NCBI GenBank assembly: GCA_951406725.2
Contig: OX597816.1
Location: forward strand, 54,002,001-54,066,000
Source of the DNA: Octopus vulgaris
Lineage: Eukaryota
Reading direction: 5' to 3'
DNA: 64,000 nt
Below, in pieces: positions 26,253-38,117 of the stretch. Below the pieces are notes generated by a model. It was given only the letters and a program-made list of their open reading frames with translations, had not been told where the DNA came from and ran no database searches. The translations under genes were made by a program, and so were the position numbers. The first letter of the stretch is position 1, and each line of letters begins with the position of its first letter.

Positions 26253-26843
26253 GACAGGTTAGCTAGGGAAGTTAAGCAGTTGTGGTCGCTGAAAAAGGTA
26301 GCAGTAGCACCAATAATTGTCGGAGCCCTGGGAACAGTGAGAAAAAATCTCAAGAAGTACATGGAACAAATAGGGGCTGCAATAAGGGTGGAGCACTTGC
26401 AGAAAACAGCACTGCTTGGAACCACTTGAATACTCTGGAAGGTGCTCAAAAAATAGGAGGTGTTTCCTTAAGCGGAAAGTGTAACCTCTCGAAAGAGCTG
26501 TTCTTCACTCCTGCTCCAGAGCATCGGCTGCGGGGTCACTCCGAAAAGCTCTATCTGCAACGATTTCATCTCAATCGAAGGAGAGGGGCTTTCTCCGTCC
26601 AGGTTATGGATCCGTGGAATAAGCTGCCAGATGAGATAGTGAAGATGCCGACGACCGCTCGGTTCAAAGTCTCTCTTGACCAGAAATGGCCTGAACTCTT
26701 TGCATGAACACCACCCTGTACATAACTCCATGTCCCCCTACATGGCCTTGCTTTTTGCTTTTTGAGCCCAAAAATTAACTTAACTAACTTCACTGGTAGT
26801 GAACAGCTGACACTGTAGTATATCTTCAGCATTGTGCAAAGGC
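26253..26843 (+). mobile_element. R4/Dong-clade non-LTR retrotransposon 3' end
   Basis: DRLAREVKQLWSLKKVAVAPIIVGALGTVRKNLKKYMEQIG..LQKTALLGT, a typical R4/Dong C-terminus. It ends in (TAA)n. Confidence 0.8.
26471..26790 (+). mobile_element. CR1-clade LINE 3' end nested in the Dong 3'UTR
   Basis: RLRGHSEKLYLQRFHLNRRRGAFSVQVMDPWNKLPDEIVKMPTTARFKVSLDQKW, with a (TAAC)n tail. Confidence 0.85.
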
Positions 26844-26883
<40 letters not shown>

Positions 26884-26933
26884 TCAAAGAAAATACCTTA
26901 GGAATGAAAACCCAGGTTCGAAATTTCCCCCAA

Positions 26934-26979
26934 GACACCTGATGGAGGCTGGAGGGTATATCACCTGAAACGCTGTGTT
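26934..26979 (+). ncRNA. Minimal type I hammerhead ribozyme, decayed
   Basis: GACAC-CUGAUGG-AGGCUG(loop)CACCU-GAAA-CG-CU-GUGUU. The core is mutated at A9 and at the cleavage triplet. Confidence 0.6.
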
Positions 26980-27710
26980 AACAAACAAGATGAGGACAAA
27001 TAATAATGTATTTAATTCCTTTCCTACTCATTTTGATTTGCAACTCATTTGTACTTCATTATTTAAACACACAACCATCACACATCATCTGCATGTTTTT
27101 GTTTGTTAGAAATAAACTTGTGGAAGTTAATTATTTATGCTGACATTCTAACTCTCATATAATTCCTTCAGCTGATCAATGGAGACATTGCTACAATGAT
27201 ATTTATTGCTTCATCACTACTTCAATCTAATTCATTGTAATTAATCTTATTAATATCGTGATTAGTTTTCTTATTACAATAAAATACCTGTTATTCTAAT
27301 GAGCTTACCTGATTAATAATAACTCACGTATTCTGAAAGCTGTAAATGTATTTACTAAAGTTAAATAACCTTACTATAACAATGGTTTCTAACACTGAGG
27401 TAAGGACAGAGATAAGTGTATGTGTGTGTGTGTGTGTGTGTGTGCAAGGCACACTCCATTAAATTGGTCATGTTAAACACCTGCCAGAGAAGTGAAAGGC
27501 AAAGTGACTGATCACAGAACATAAAGGATTGAAGTTAACACCATCCAGTTAATAGATTTTAAAGTACATCAGTGACATAAAATAGCAGGTAAATCTCTTT
27601 GGTGTAAATGTCAGTGACGTAAATGGAGATAATTTGATCAACAGAGAGTGTTTGTCAGTAAACATAAAACACCACCTGGTATCAACAGTTGGGTCTACTT
27701 CATCACAAGT

Positions 27711-27987
27711 GGCAACACAGTGGACTCTGCTAAAGGTACCCAAGGAGCAGGTAGAAGAGTTAAAGTATGTGACAACAGAGCAGACTCTATTGTAGGTCCC
27801 CAAGGACCAGGCAATGGTGTAAAACTGGCTGACACCAGAGTGAACTCTGCTAAAGGTCCATAGAGACCAGGTGATGGTGTGAAACTGGTTAACAATAGAA
27901 TGGATGCTGCTAAAGAGACCCAAGGATCAGTTGATGGTTTTAAACTGGGTGACAACAGAAATTACTGCTAAAAGTATTCAAGGCTGG
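27711..27987. repeat. 60-bp minisatellite, ~4.6 units
   Basis: Units start at 27711, 27771, 27831, 27891 and 27951; consensus approximately GACAACAGAGTGGACTCTGCTAAAGGTCCCCAAGGACCAGGTGATGGTGTAAAACTGGGT. Confidence 0.85.
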
Positions 27988-28009
27988 CTCCTGGCTTGAT
28001 GGAGCTGGG

Positions 28010-28500
28010 GTCATTCCAAATTAGTGATCCCAGAGACGTCCTCATGCATAAAGCCTACCAAGTCCACTAGTGCTCTCCATTGCTGACGGTCCAAAGCCAG
28101 CCCCTCTGTATCCTCCAAGTTGATGTTGAGCCTCTGTAGATCTCCCCCAATCACATCCAGCCATCTGGTGTAGGACCTGCCATGCAGCCTCTTCTGGCTT
28201 GCAGTTGCTGCATTGAATGAGTGTAAAACCCTGGCAGGATGATCTAGTGGGAGACAGAAGACATGTCTGTACCAGCACATTTGATGGATGGCTATGCGGT
28301 GGGAGGCTGTGAGCTGATGCATGCATACATGCAGTTGTAAGTGTGATGATAGTATCTGATCTTCTTGATGGTCCTCAGAGCTCTGCTATTGAAGTTGTTG
28401 ATCTTCTTTGCCAGGATTTTCAAGAGGGACCACATTTCTGCTCCATAGAGGAGAATGGAGAGGATTGATGTGTTGTAGATGCAGAGCTTCGTCTTCTAGG
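28010..28500 (-). mobile_element. RTE-like LINE 3' fragment (separate family)
   Basis: KLCIYNTSILSILLYGAEMW..; GRSYTRWLDVIGGDLQRLNINLEDTEGLALDRQQWRALV. Confidence 0.75.
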
Positions 28501-28789
28501 AGATAGAGTAGTGGGTGATGGAGAAGAAAGCTGAAATTCTTCAGAATCAAGAACTATTGAAAAGGTTGCAAGATGCAACGAAAATTTTAGGAAAATAAAA
28601 ATAAGAAAAAAGTGGAAATTTTACCAGTGAGTGTGTTACATTATAAGGCACAAAAAGAAAATGACTCTCTCCAGACACAACAGGATATGCTTCAACACAT
28701 GAACTCATATAAAGAATCTTGCAAACCAAATCCAAAAATGAAAAATCAATATTATTATTTTCCAAAAGCAATTATATGTTAAGTTAATT

Positions 28790-29790
28790 AGTAGGAATGT
28801 TGTCTTGAGGTTTGGTGACAACAAGTCTCCTCAAGTCTCAAGAATCTTTCTTGGAATTCTTGCACAAAAAAGGATAGTACTTCTGTAGGTCAACAATGTG
28901 ACTTTCAATTCCAATATCTTCCAGTTTCTTAGGTAGCAGTTTGGGTGCCAAATGAACCAATTACTATAAAAATAATTGTTATCTTGGTCTCAGACACTCT
29001 TTACTTATTATGGTAGGCTCATTTCCTTAATAGCATTCCATTACAGTTCTGTTGTTTTGAGTCCATGTTCTAATCTTTGTAGCAGTATCTGGATAATGAC
29101 CAGGTCCACCCTGCTGAATAGTGGGACACTTGCCATGTCTTATACTCACAAAGAGGAGTGCAGTGTTGAGATGTCACAACCACAAGTTTTTTTAATTGCG
29201 ACACAATCTATAGGGGGCAGCCAGCCAAGGCTAAAGAAGCCTTCTACCCTTTGTAGTAGGCTTATCCCCATAAAGGTAATCTTTGATGCTGATGTTCCAG
29301 GGGTATGGATCCACATAGCTGTGGCATTAGCTATCTTGCTGGCTTTGTTCACCAAACAACAAGCCACTACTCATCTCCTTAAATATTCAGTATATATCTT
29401 AAGATTCTAAGCTGTACCAAAAAGATATGTCCTCTGTTGTGTCACAAAGGTAATAGTTTTGTTGGATAGATAAATCTATTCAGAGATATTTTCAGACACT
29501 GGACCCAGTGATCCTATTACAACAGGAATGACCCCTTTTTCTCTGCAATTTCAAGACCTGTTTAACTCCCACTGTAGATCCTGTAATTTATCTATTCTTC
29601 CATTTTCTTTCCCCTTTACTCAGGTGTGAAATGGATCAGTTACATCTTTTAGATCTCAAATTCTAGTATCTTTCTCTAAAACAATATTTGGTTATGACTG
29701 TTTCAGTTCTTTGTCTCCCTCTCTCTGGATTGTGTTTTTTTATTACATTTCCTGGCTTTCTATCCACTTGCCATGTGTTTCCAGTCATTG
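28790..29790 (-). mobile_element. Degenerate R4/Dong-type LINE fragments (at least two)
   Basis: PNIVLEKDT..DKLQDLQWELNR..VIPVVIGSLG (29.5-29.7 kb) and LPKKLEDIGIESHIVDLQK (28.9 kb) resemble restriction-like-endonuclease C-termini. Confidence 0.6.
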
Positions 29791-29807
29791 TGTATCTGTG
29801 TATACAC

Positions 29808-29847
<40 letters not shown>

Positions 29848-29849
<2 letters not shown>

Positions 29850-30210
29850 CGTAGGAGTGGCTGTGTGGTAAGTAGCTTGCTTACCAACCACATGGTTCCG
29901 GGTTCAGTCCCACTGCGTGGCATCTTGGGCAAGTGTCTGCTGCTATAGCCCCGGGCCGACCAATGCCTTGTGAGTGGATTTGGTAGACGGAAACTGAAAG
30001 AAGCCTGTCGTATATATGTATATATATATGTATGTGTGTGTATATGTTTGTGTGTCTGTGTTTGACCCCTAGCATTGCTTGACAACCGATGCTGGTGTGT
30101 TTATGTCCCCGTCACTTAGCAGTTCGGCAAAAAGAGACCGATAGAATAAGTACTGGTCTTACAAAGAATAAGTCCCGGGGTCGATCCGCTCGACTAAAGG
30201 CGGTGCTCCA
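29848..30210 (+). mobile_element. SINE family A in (TA)n
   Basis: GGCGTAGGAGTGGCTGTGTGGTAAG head; 3' tail truncated. Confidence 0.88.
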
Positions 30211-31295
30211 GAAAAAAGAAAGAAAAGATATATATATACATGTTTTTAGCTTTTTTATGAAGCCAAAACAATGCAAGTTCTGAGAATTAATACAAGTTGA
30301 TGGTTTGTACTTTTACCTTGCATTTCAATATTTTGGGGTTAGGACCTCTTCTATCAATTTGTCTGTCTACCTGCCTGCCTGCCTGTCTGTCTGTCATCAC
30401 AAGGGTGCTCCTCTTCCTCACTAGACCCTTGTTTCTGCTACATATGGGATTTGGCAGTAACTGGCATAATATTTTCAATTAAATGAGATTCAACTGTGTC
30501 CACTAGTAGCCATGTATATGTATAATATTTGTTGTTTTCTTAATAAATGATATAAAGTCTTCCTTTTAAGTCTAAAAGTCTGTTGGAAAAATATGTGCCT
30601 CATTTCTGTGCTGACGTGGAAGAGATGATGTTTTGAATGGTTTTTGCCAGGGACCAGTCACAAACATGCTATTTCCATTGGAGTGTCCAGTTGCAGACCT
30701 CCCTTTAACCCACCTCCTTTTTACCGATCTTGACCATGAGGTCCTTACTATAATCTGTTCCCGTGGTAGTTGTGACAATGATGTTGGTGGTGATCATCAC
30801 GACAATGATGACAAAGGGGATGTTGGTGATGATGATGATGATGACAATGTAGTTTTAGTGCTGCTGCTACTGATGATGATTATGATGATGATGCAATTTT
30901 ATAGCTAACAAACCAGACTTATTTTATTAAAACTAAAGTAAATATAAATGAAAAAAATTAAAAGAAGTCATCAAAATTTAATTTCTTGGAAAATATTTTT
31001 ACATTTTTATAACTGAAAAATATATGCAAAAATATCAGTTTTTGGAGTAAAACTCCGCATCTGGTAAGAATGTTTGAGGCTGTTGATAAGTTTAAGGGTT
31101 TCTTCAGCAAAACCGAAGATGTGTAGTTAGCACTGAGAGATATATTCCCACGTGGGGAGGTTGGGGAAGTGGTGGGAGGTTAAAGGAGGAGGAGTAACAT
31201 GTTTATATAGAAATATAAAAAAAAAAGAAATAGGGAGAAACTACAAAAAATATTTTTGATTCTGAATAAATAATAATGAGGATAATAACAATAAT

Positions 31296-31332
<37 letters not shown>

Positions 31333-31619
31333 AAAGAAACCAAAAATGCATGAAACAAAACTCTGCTACTGATTCTCAAATTTCTATGGCAGCATCTGAT
31401 GCTAGCATGTCTGTGAAACTACTCAGGATTCCAAAGAGGAGAACCGTTTTAGAGTTTATGGTCTAAAGATGGGAACAATAATTCATATGTATATATTGAT
31501 CAGCAGTTGAGAACTGGCATTATGTCTACCTAATTTGTACTGTGAGTCGTTAAATGAGAATACATACACACACAAGCACACACACAAGCACAGTGAGATA
31601 TGTATATATATACAATACA

Positions 31620-31658
<39 letters not shown>

Positions 31659-31844
31659 TGCATCCATCCACCATACATACATACATATATATTATTATAA
31701 TGGAATAATTACTATGAAGAATTGTGTAGAATATATTGTATAAAAGATCATGATAAGTCTACATTAATTCACATAGTTGTTTTCTTGTGATTTACCTTGC
31801 ATTTACTTCGCATTGTTTTGGCCTTACCCACGATCTTTTATACA

Positions 31845-31882
<38 letters not shown>

Positions 31883-31883
<1 letters not shown>

Positions 31884-33295
31884 AGCGTGTACATATGGAT
31901 GAAGGCTTACTTGCAGTTAGTGATTCTGCTAAGAAGGAGGGCTGGAAGTGCCTCTATGAAAGGTTGCTAAATGTAAAGGACACATGGGATAAGAAGAGCG
32001 TAGCTAATGTGCACCCAACAGAGGAACCAGCTATCCAAATCAACTATAGCTTAGTAGATAAAGCAATTTAGGATTTAAAGTTAGGGAAAGCTCTTGGCCC
32101 ATCAGATATCACTGCAGAGATGCTTAAAATATCTGGTGGAGTGAGACATAGCCTAGTCATCAGTATAGTTAATCAGGTTATCCACATGGGGTCATACTCA
32201 ATGTCTGGTGTAGCAACTGTTACAAAGGTAAAAGTGATGCCTTAGACAGAAATAATTACAGGGGCATCAAATTGCTGGACCAGGTGACGAAAGTTACAGA
32301 AAGGGTCATAGCTCAATTAATTAGGAAGAGAGTTAGCCTACATGAGATGCAGTTTGATTTTGTGCCCAGCAAAACTAATACTGATGCTATCTTCCTGGTG
32401 AGGCAACTGTAGAAGTACTTGGCCAAAAATAAGCCTATGTATTTGGCTTTTGCTGACATGGAGAAAGCCTTTGACAGGGTCCCCTACTCCCTTATCTGGT
32501 GGGTAATATGGAAGCTAAGGATAGATGCACAAGCCATGCAGAGTGATGCTGTCAGTAAGCTGAACTTTGCGAATGAGTTAAGCTAGGAATTTAGTGTACA
32601 AGTAGAAGTCTGCCAAGGATCAGTTTTCAGCTCCTCCTCGTTATCATAGTGCTCCAAGCTATAATTGAGGAATTTAAGACTAATGGCACTTGGGAGAACC
32701 TCTACATTGAAGACCTTGTTCTTATTTCTGACTTACTTCCAGAACTAGAGAAGAAATTTCAGGTATGGTAGCAATGTCTGAAAACAATGAGCTTTAGAGT
32801 CAATTTAGCAAAGACGAAAGATCTAATAAGTAAACAAACAAATCACAGATCCCTTCAGGAAGATGGCCCTGCTCAATATCTAGAAAAGGTGGAAGGAGAA
32901 GCTCTATAAGTTGTGCCCAGTACAAGATATGAACCCAGAAGAGGCGCAACACTATCACTGGGGATTAACAGGGAAAGTAGTTTTTATATGTGGCAGATGT
33001 GCAGATACATTAAACACCAGAAATATACAGAAAATATACTCTCTTAGATGTCTGGGGGCTCCTTAGAAGTCGTGAATATTTTCTGTTACTTGTGTGACCA
33101 AGTTAGCAGTGGTGGAGGTTGTTCTGAAAGCAACTAGCTACTAGAACGAGAACAGACTGGGCAAAGTTTAGAGAGTTCCTACCTTGAAAGAAGTGAAGCC
33201 AGCATGCTCTGCTGGATGGGTAATGTCAGTGTGCATATATGACAGAGTGTAAGTGATTTGAGAGAAAAACTGGGTATACGAGGCATCAGACGTAG
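31883..33295 (+). mobile_element. Old RTE LINE RT region (pseudogenised)
   Basis: GKALGPSDITAEML, NYRGIKLL, ADMEKAFDRVP, QGSVFS, with many stops and frameshifts. Confidence 0.85.
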
Positions 33296-33622
33296 GGGGC
33301 AGACTTCTACTTGTACACTAAATTCCTAGCTTAACTCATTGGCAAAGTTCAGCTTACTAAATTTGACAGTTTGCATAAAAGGAAAAGGAAACACAGTATC
33401 CCATTCCAAAAATAAAATTATTTAAAAAAATTTCTCATAGAATTATTCATATTGTTTTAAGATTTGTTTTAAACAAAAGATTATTAGAATAAAAAATATA
33501 ATGATATATAATAACATTTACAATAAAAATCAGGCATGAAATCATTTTATATTAAAAAAAGTATGATATTAATAAGTATAAAAATTGGCAAGTATTTAAT
33601 ATATTTATCTATATTAAAAACA

Positions 33623-33940
33623 GTGAAGGCACATGGGTCAGTGTTAGAGTGTTGGGCTCACAATCATGTGGTAGATAGTTTGACTCCCAGACTGGGCTGT
33701 GTGTTGTGTTCTTGAGCAAGACACTTTATTTCACATTGCTCCAGTCCATTCAGCCACTGGTGCCAAGCTGTATCAGCCCTTCCCTTGGATAACACCGGTA
33801 GCATGGAGAGGGGGAGGCTAGTATGTATGGGTGACTGTTGGTCCTCCATAAACAACCTTGCCTAGACTTATGCCTCAGAGGGGAATTTTCTAGGTGTAAT
33901 CCCATAGTCATTCATAACTGAAGTGGGGTCTCTACCCTTT
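33623..33940 (+). mobile_element. CORE-type tRNA-derived SINE
   Basis: tRNA-like head followed by GTGTTCTTGAGCAAGACACTTTATTTCACATTGCTCCAGTCCA. Confidence 0.7.
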
Positions 33941-34187
33941 ATACTCAAACCACTATAATTATATATAACAATTAAGACCAGATTTTTTTTTATCTTTAAA
34001 CGAACTTTATATATTAAATAACACCACAAATGATATATATTTTAAACAACCAGAGATACATATAGTTCAAACTGCTACAACCACAGGCCTCAATCTTCAA
34101 TTTATTCATTACAATAAATCAAATTAAAATATTCTATAATTAAAAAAATCATAAATAAGAATTAAATAAAGAATATATATATATGTA

Positions 34188-34815
34188 GGCGTAGAAGTGG
34201 CTGTGTGGTAAGTAGCTTGCTAACCAGCCACACGGTTCTGGGTTTAGTCCCACTGTGTGGCATCTTGGGCAAGTGTCTTCTACTATAGCCTCGGGCCGAC
34301 CAAAGCCTTGTGAGTGGATTTGGTAGATGGAAACTGAAAGAAGCCTGTCGTATATATGTATATATATATAAGTGTGTGTGTATATGTTTGTGTGTCTGTG
34401 TTTGTCCCCTTAGCATTGCTTGACAACCGATGCTGGTGTGTTTACGTCCCCGTTACTTAGCGGTCCGGCAAAAGAGACTGATAGAATAAGTACTGGGCTT
34501 ACAAAGAATAAGTCCCAGGGTCGATTTGCTCGACTAAAGGCGGTGCTCCAGCATGGCCGCAGTCAAATGACTGAAACAAGTAAAAGAGTAAAAGAGTATA
34601 TGTATGTGTGTGTATGTGTGTTTGTGTTTGTCCCTCTAGCATTGCTTGACAACCGATGCTGGTATGTTTACGTCCCCGTCACTTAGCAGTTCAGCAAAAG
34701 AGACTGATAGAATAAGTATTGGGCTTACAAAGAATAGGTCCCGGGGTCGATTTGCTCGACTAAAGGCGGTGCTCCAGCATGGCTGCAGTCAAATGACTGA
34801 AACAAGTAAAAGAGT
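34188..34815 (+). mobile_element. SINE family A with tandemly duplicated 3' half
   Basis: Segment ~34375-34597 is repeated at ~34600-34815. Confidence 0.85.
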
Positions 34816-34819
34816 ATAA

Positions 34820-36107
34820 ATAAATCAACTAGATCATGGCTGGGAGATAACAGTTTACTCAAAGTAGCCACCTTCAGCTTCCATCTGGACCTCAAAATAG
34901 CTCTGGAACCTGGCAAGTATATCCCTGTATCTACAAAACCTTATTGATCTTGGCCATCAGCTTGGCCTTGGTATTGCAAGCAGCAGAGCAGTTGGTGTCT
35001 TTCTCAATCACACTCCACACATAGTAATCCATGGGATTACAATTAAGGGAATTAGGGGGCCAGAAATCAGGGCTTGTGAAGTTGTAGAAATTCTATGGCA
35101 AGTTGTTAAATCCTGCTGCCACACATATGGCCTTCTAGCAGCAACTTGCTCCAGCTAGGGTTAGACCACAGTCTCCAGCAGCTGCACGTAATCGCCTGAA
35201 TTGGGCCTAAGTCCCTGTTCAAAGATGTAGGATGGCATGATGTCACCCTCACTGGTGATGCACCCAAAGACCATCACAGTTTGGGAGAACTTGGTTTCCA
35301 TGATACATGGGACATTGCATGGATTTGTATGCAAACCAGCTGTTGTTTAGGGTGTTGTGCAACTGGTCCTGGCAGAAGTACTTTTCATCTGAGAAGAAAC
35401 AAATTGTTCCTAGCTCAACAGGATACCTCATCTTGTTCAGGAGCTTCTTTGTGTTTGTCAAGCAGCACTCCTTGACTTTGGCTGTCAGAAACGTGAGCAC
35501 ACCGGGCGAAATACTTAGCAGTATTTCGTCTGCCGCTACGTTCTGAGTTCAAATTCTGCCGAGGTCAACTTTGCCTTTCATCCTTTCGAGGTCGTTTAAA
35601 TAAGTACCAGTTACGCACTGGGGTCAATAATCGACTTAATCTGCTTGTCTGTCCCCTTGTGGGCAATAAAAAAATAAGAATTTGTCTTCTGTGCCTCTTG
35701 TATGAGTGGCAACTCCGACACCCATCTCAGTCACCAAAGCTTGAATTCCTTTTCTTTACCCAGTCCTACAGCTGTTGGATGAAGGCAGGCATTTGGATGC
35801 AGTTAAAACACCTGTGTCCTCTGGGTGTGTCTTCGTATTCTCTGTAGTAGCTGTCCATGTCGTGTCTTGCAGCCATTACAGTGTTTAGAGAGCTCAGAGC
35901 AGCAGCCGTGACATTGACATTTTGATTCTCGATATGAATCATCACAATGCAGGCAACTCTTTCCCAATATTCAGACGACTTCCATGTCAGCTTTTTCTCA
36001 AACTTTAATCCTTATGATCTCCAACGCCGTTCACTGTCAATCAATACATCAAGCAGTTCTTGAAAAAAGAGACATATGAAATCGTCAGATTTATCTTGAA
36101 CACACTG
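34820..36107 (-). mobile_element. Degenerate Tc1/mariner (DD37D/maT-like) transposon, interrupted by SINE B at ~35487-35680
   Basis: FFSDEKYFCQDQ, TVMVFGCITSEGD, YVWQQD and WPPNSLNCNPMDYYVW motifs. Terminus TA|CAGTGTGTTCAAGATAAA at 36107. Confidence 0.85.
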
Positions 36108-36519
36108 TATATTCTTTTACTGGCTTCAGTCGTTTGACTACAGGTCACGCTAGAGCATTGCCTTTAATTGAACAAATCGGCCCTGGGACTTATTCTTTGG
36201 TCTCTTTTGCCGAACCGCTAAGTTACAGGGACGTAAACACACCAACATCGGTTGTCAAGCGATGGTGGGGGACAGACACACAAATACATTATATATATAT
36301 ATATATATAAATATATTCCACGGGTTTCTTTCACTCAGAAGTCTTTGGTTGGCCCAAAGTTATAGTAGAAGACACTTGCCCAAGGTACCACGCAGTGGAA
36401 CTAAACCCCGAACCATGTGGTTGGGAAGCAAGCTTCTTACTACGCACCTACGCCTAGCGTTTACGAATATAAATTCATTTAGAACATTCAGTACGACAGT
36501 GGTTTGATGGTCGTACTTA

Positions 36520-37255
36520 TGTTGTAGAATTTAGTAAATTTGTTTTGAATTCAGTCGGTGACAGAGGAAGTTGTAAGTTAATCTTATTAAAAGAAGAGTC
36601 AGTACTTGTGGGAATGTTGTTTAAAAAGAGCTGGTGCTTGTAATAATCATATTAGAAGAACCAACGATTGTAAGAATCGTATTAGAAGAAGCAGCGTTTG
36701 TAAGAATCGTACAAAAGAGGAAGAGCGAAAAGATCCAATTAAAAGAGTCAGTGCGTGTTAGTGAGAGGCATGACTAATCGCTGCACACCGACTAAATGTG
36801 ATGGAGTAGTCGTTATTAAAGTACGAAAGTGAGGCTGTAAAGTTGTGTGGTGCCGGTCGCCGCCGGACACTTGACCAGGAAGACCTCTTCTCTGGCTCGA
36901 CCCGAACCCTCCTCACATCAACATTATCAATTATTATGGCTCCGGTTGACACATGGAGCTAACTACCGTTGCAGCCAGGCCACACACAGCTCTACGATCT
37001 TCCACGATACTATAACTGGCCGATAAACATTCCTCCGGGTGTACATTCACGTTTACAAGAGAAAGATAAAGCAACAAAAGACCTGACTGGATGAAGAGAA
37101 ATCGACCCGAGTTGTTGGCCTCCACATCTTCTTTGATGTCTGTGTAATAATAACTAACAATCTATTATTGTTGATTAACTGAAACCTTACTAATATTACA
37201 ACTGTCTTGTGAAGTCGACATAGTTATCTCACTCTTACATCTGTCCACCCTAACA
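36520..37255. mobile_element. Possible solo LTR
   Basis: TGTT...AACA ends, CpG-rich body and short internal tandem repeats (TTGTAAGAATCGTA). No TSD found. Confidence 0.3.
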
Positions 37256-37903
37256 ATACATACATTACACACATACAGGCAATATACAACATTTATACAC
37301 ATATGACATATACGTAAATATAATACATACACACTTCCATATATATATAATATATATATATATATCAGCCTGACTGGATGATACCTCGATAAGAAAAAAA
37401 TATATATACACTCACACTCACCCCATTATATATATATATATATATATATATGGACATTGCCTCAACTCAATATTTTAAATTTATTTCTTATTAATTTCTG
37501 TCAACTTCTCAACAACACATGTTTATAAATAATATCTCCTACTTTTCACTGTTCTATTTTCTCATTAATCCGAATGGCCTCTCTCCACCTCTTTTGATGA
37601 TGTTTTAACTGGAGTTATTATTATTGTCATTATCAAAACAGCAACAACAGCCACTAAATCTGTCTAATGTGTTCGCCACTGAGATTAAAGCTGCTTGTAT
37701 TTATGGCTTAGCACACAATAGACATTCAGAAAAGCTAACTAAAAACTTTCAAATCAAAATATTAGCGGGAGAAAAATCAATTAATTTCAAAGTAATCCAT
37801 TTGTTTGGTCTCCCCCCCCCACTCCCTCACTTCCGACGAGAACTGAAGAAGTTTTTGTAATTTGGTCGGGAGTCGGACTGCCTGGCTAAATCGTCCTCTA
37901 GAT

Positions 37904-38117
37904 ATGGGACATAGCCAGTCATGTTGTGCCTACTCCAGTCCCAAACAGATCCGGATCGGTCAACAGAAACGGAAAGAAGACATCTACCAACCTGCCCGGA
38001 CAGAAGAGACCGGGGGTTCGAGTCACGGAGGTGCAGGGGCTGCGACTGGATTGTCCAGTTCGGGACGACATCATAGTCACAGTAATTTACAACATATCAG
38101 TGACAGAGAACCTGAAG
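37904..38117 (+). CDS. CCNY: Cyclin Y, coding exon 1
   Basis: MGHSQSCCAYSSPK...SNLQHISDREPE with G|gtaggt donor. Matches cyclin Y MGNTTSCCVSSSPK...NLQHISDRE. Confidence 0.93.

Larger units (their letters stand above)
26187..27020 (+). mobile_element. tRNA-headed, hammerhead-tailed SINE-like element interrupted by nested LINEs
   Basis: GGTTAAGAGC..GGG-TTATTAA-CCC..AAGATTCT-GAGTTCAATTCC tRNA-like head. Its (TAA)n tract is split by Dong/CR1 inserts, and the hammerhead tail lies at 26880-27020. Confidence 0.7.

Noticed and set aside
19139-37904. Shared bidirectional promoter for OLA1 and CCNY
   Set aside because: The genes diverge, but their 5' ends are ~18 kb apart and separated by transposon debris.
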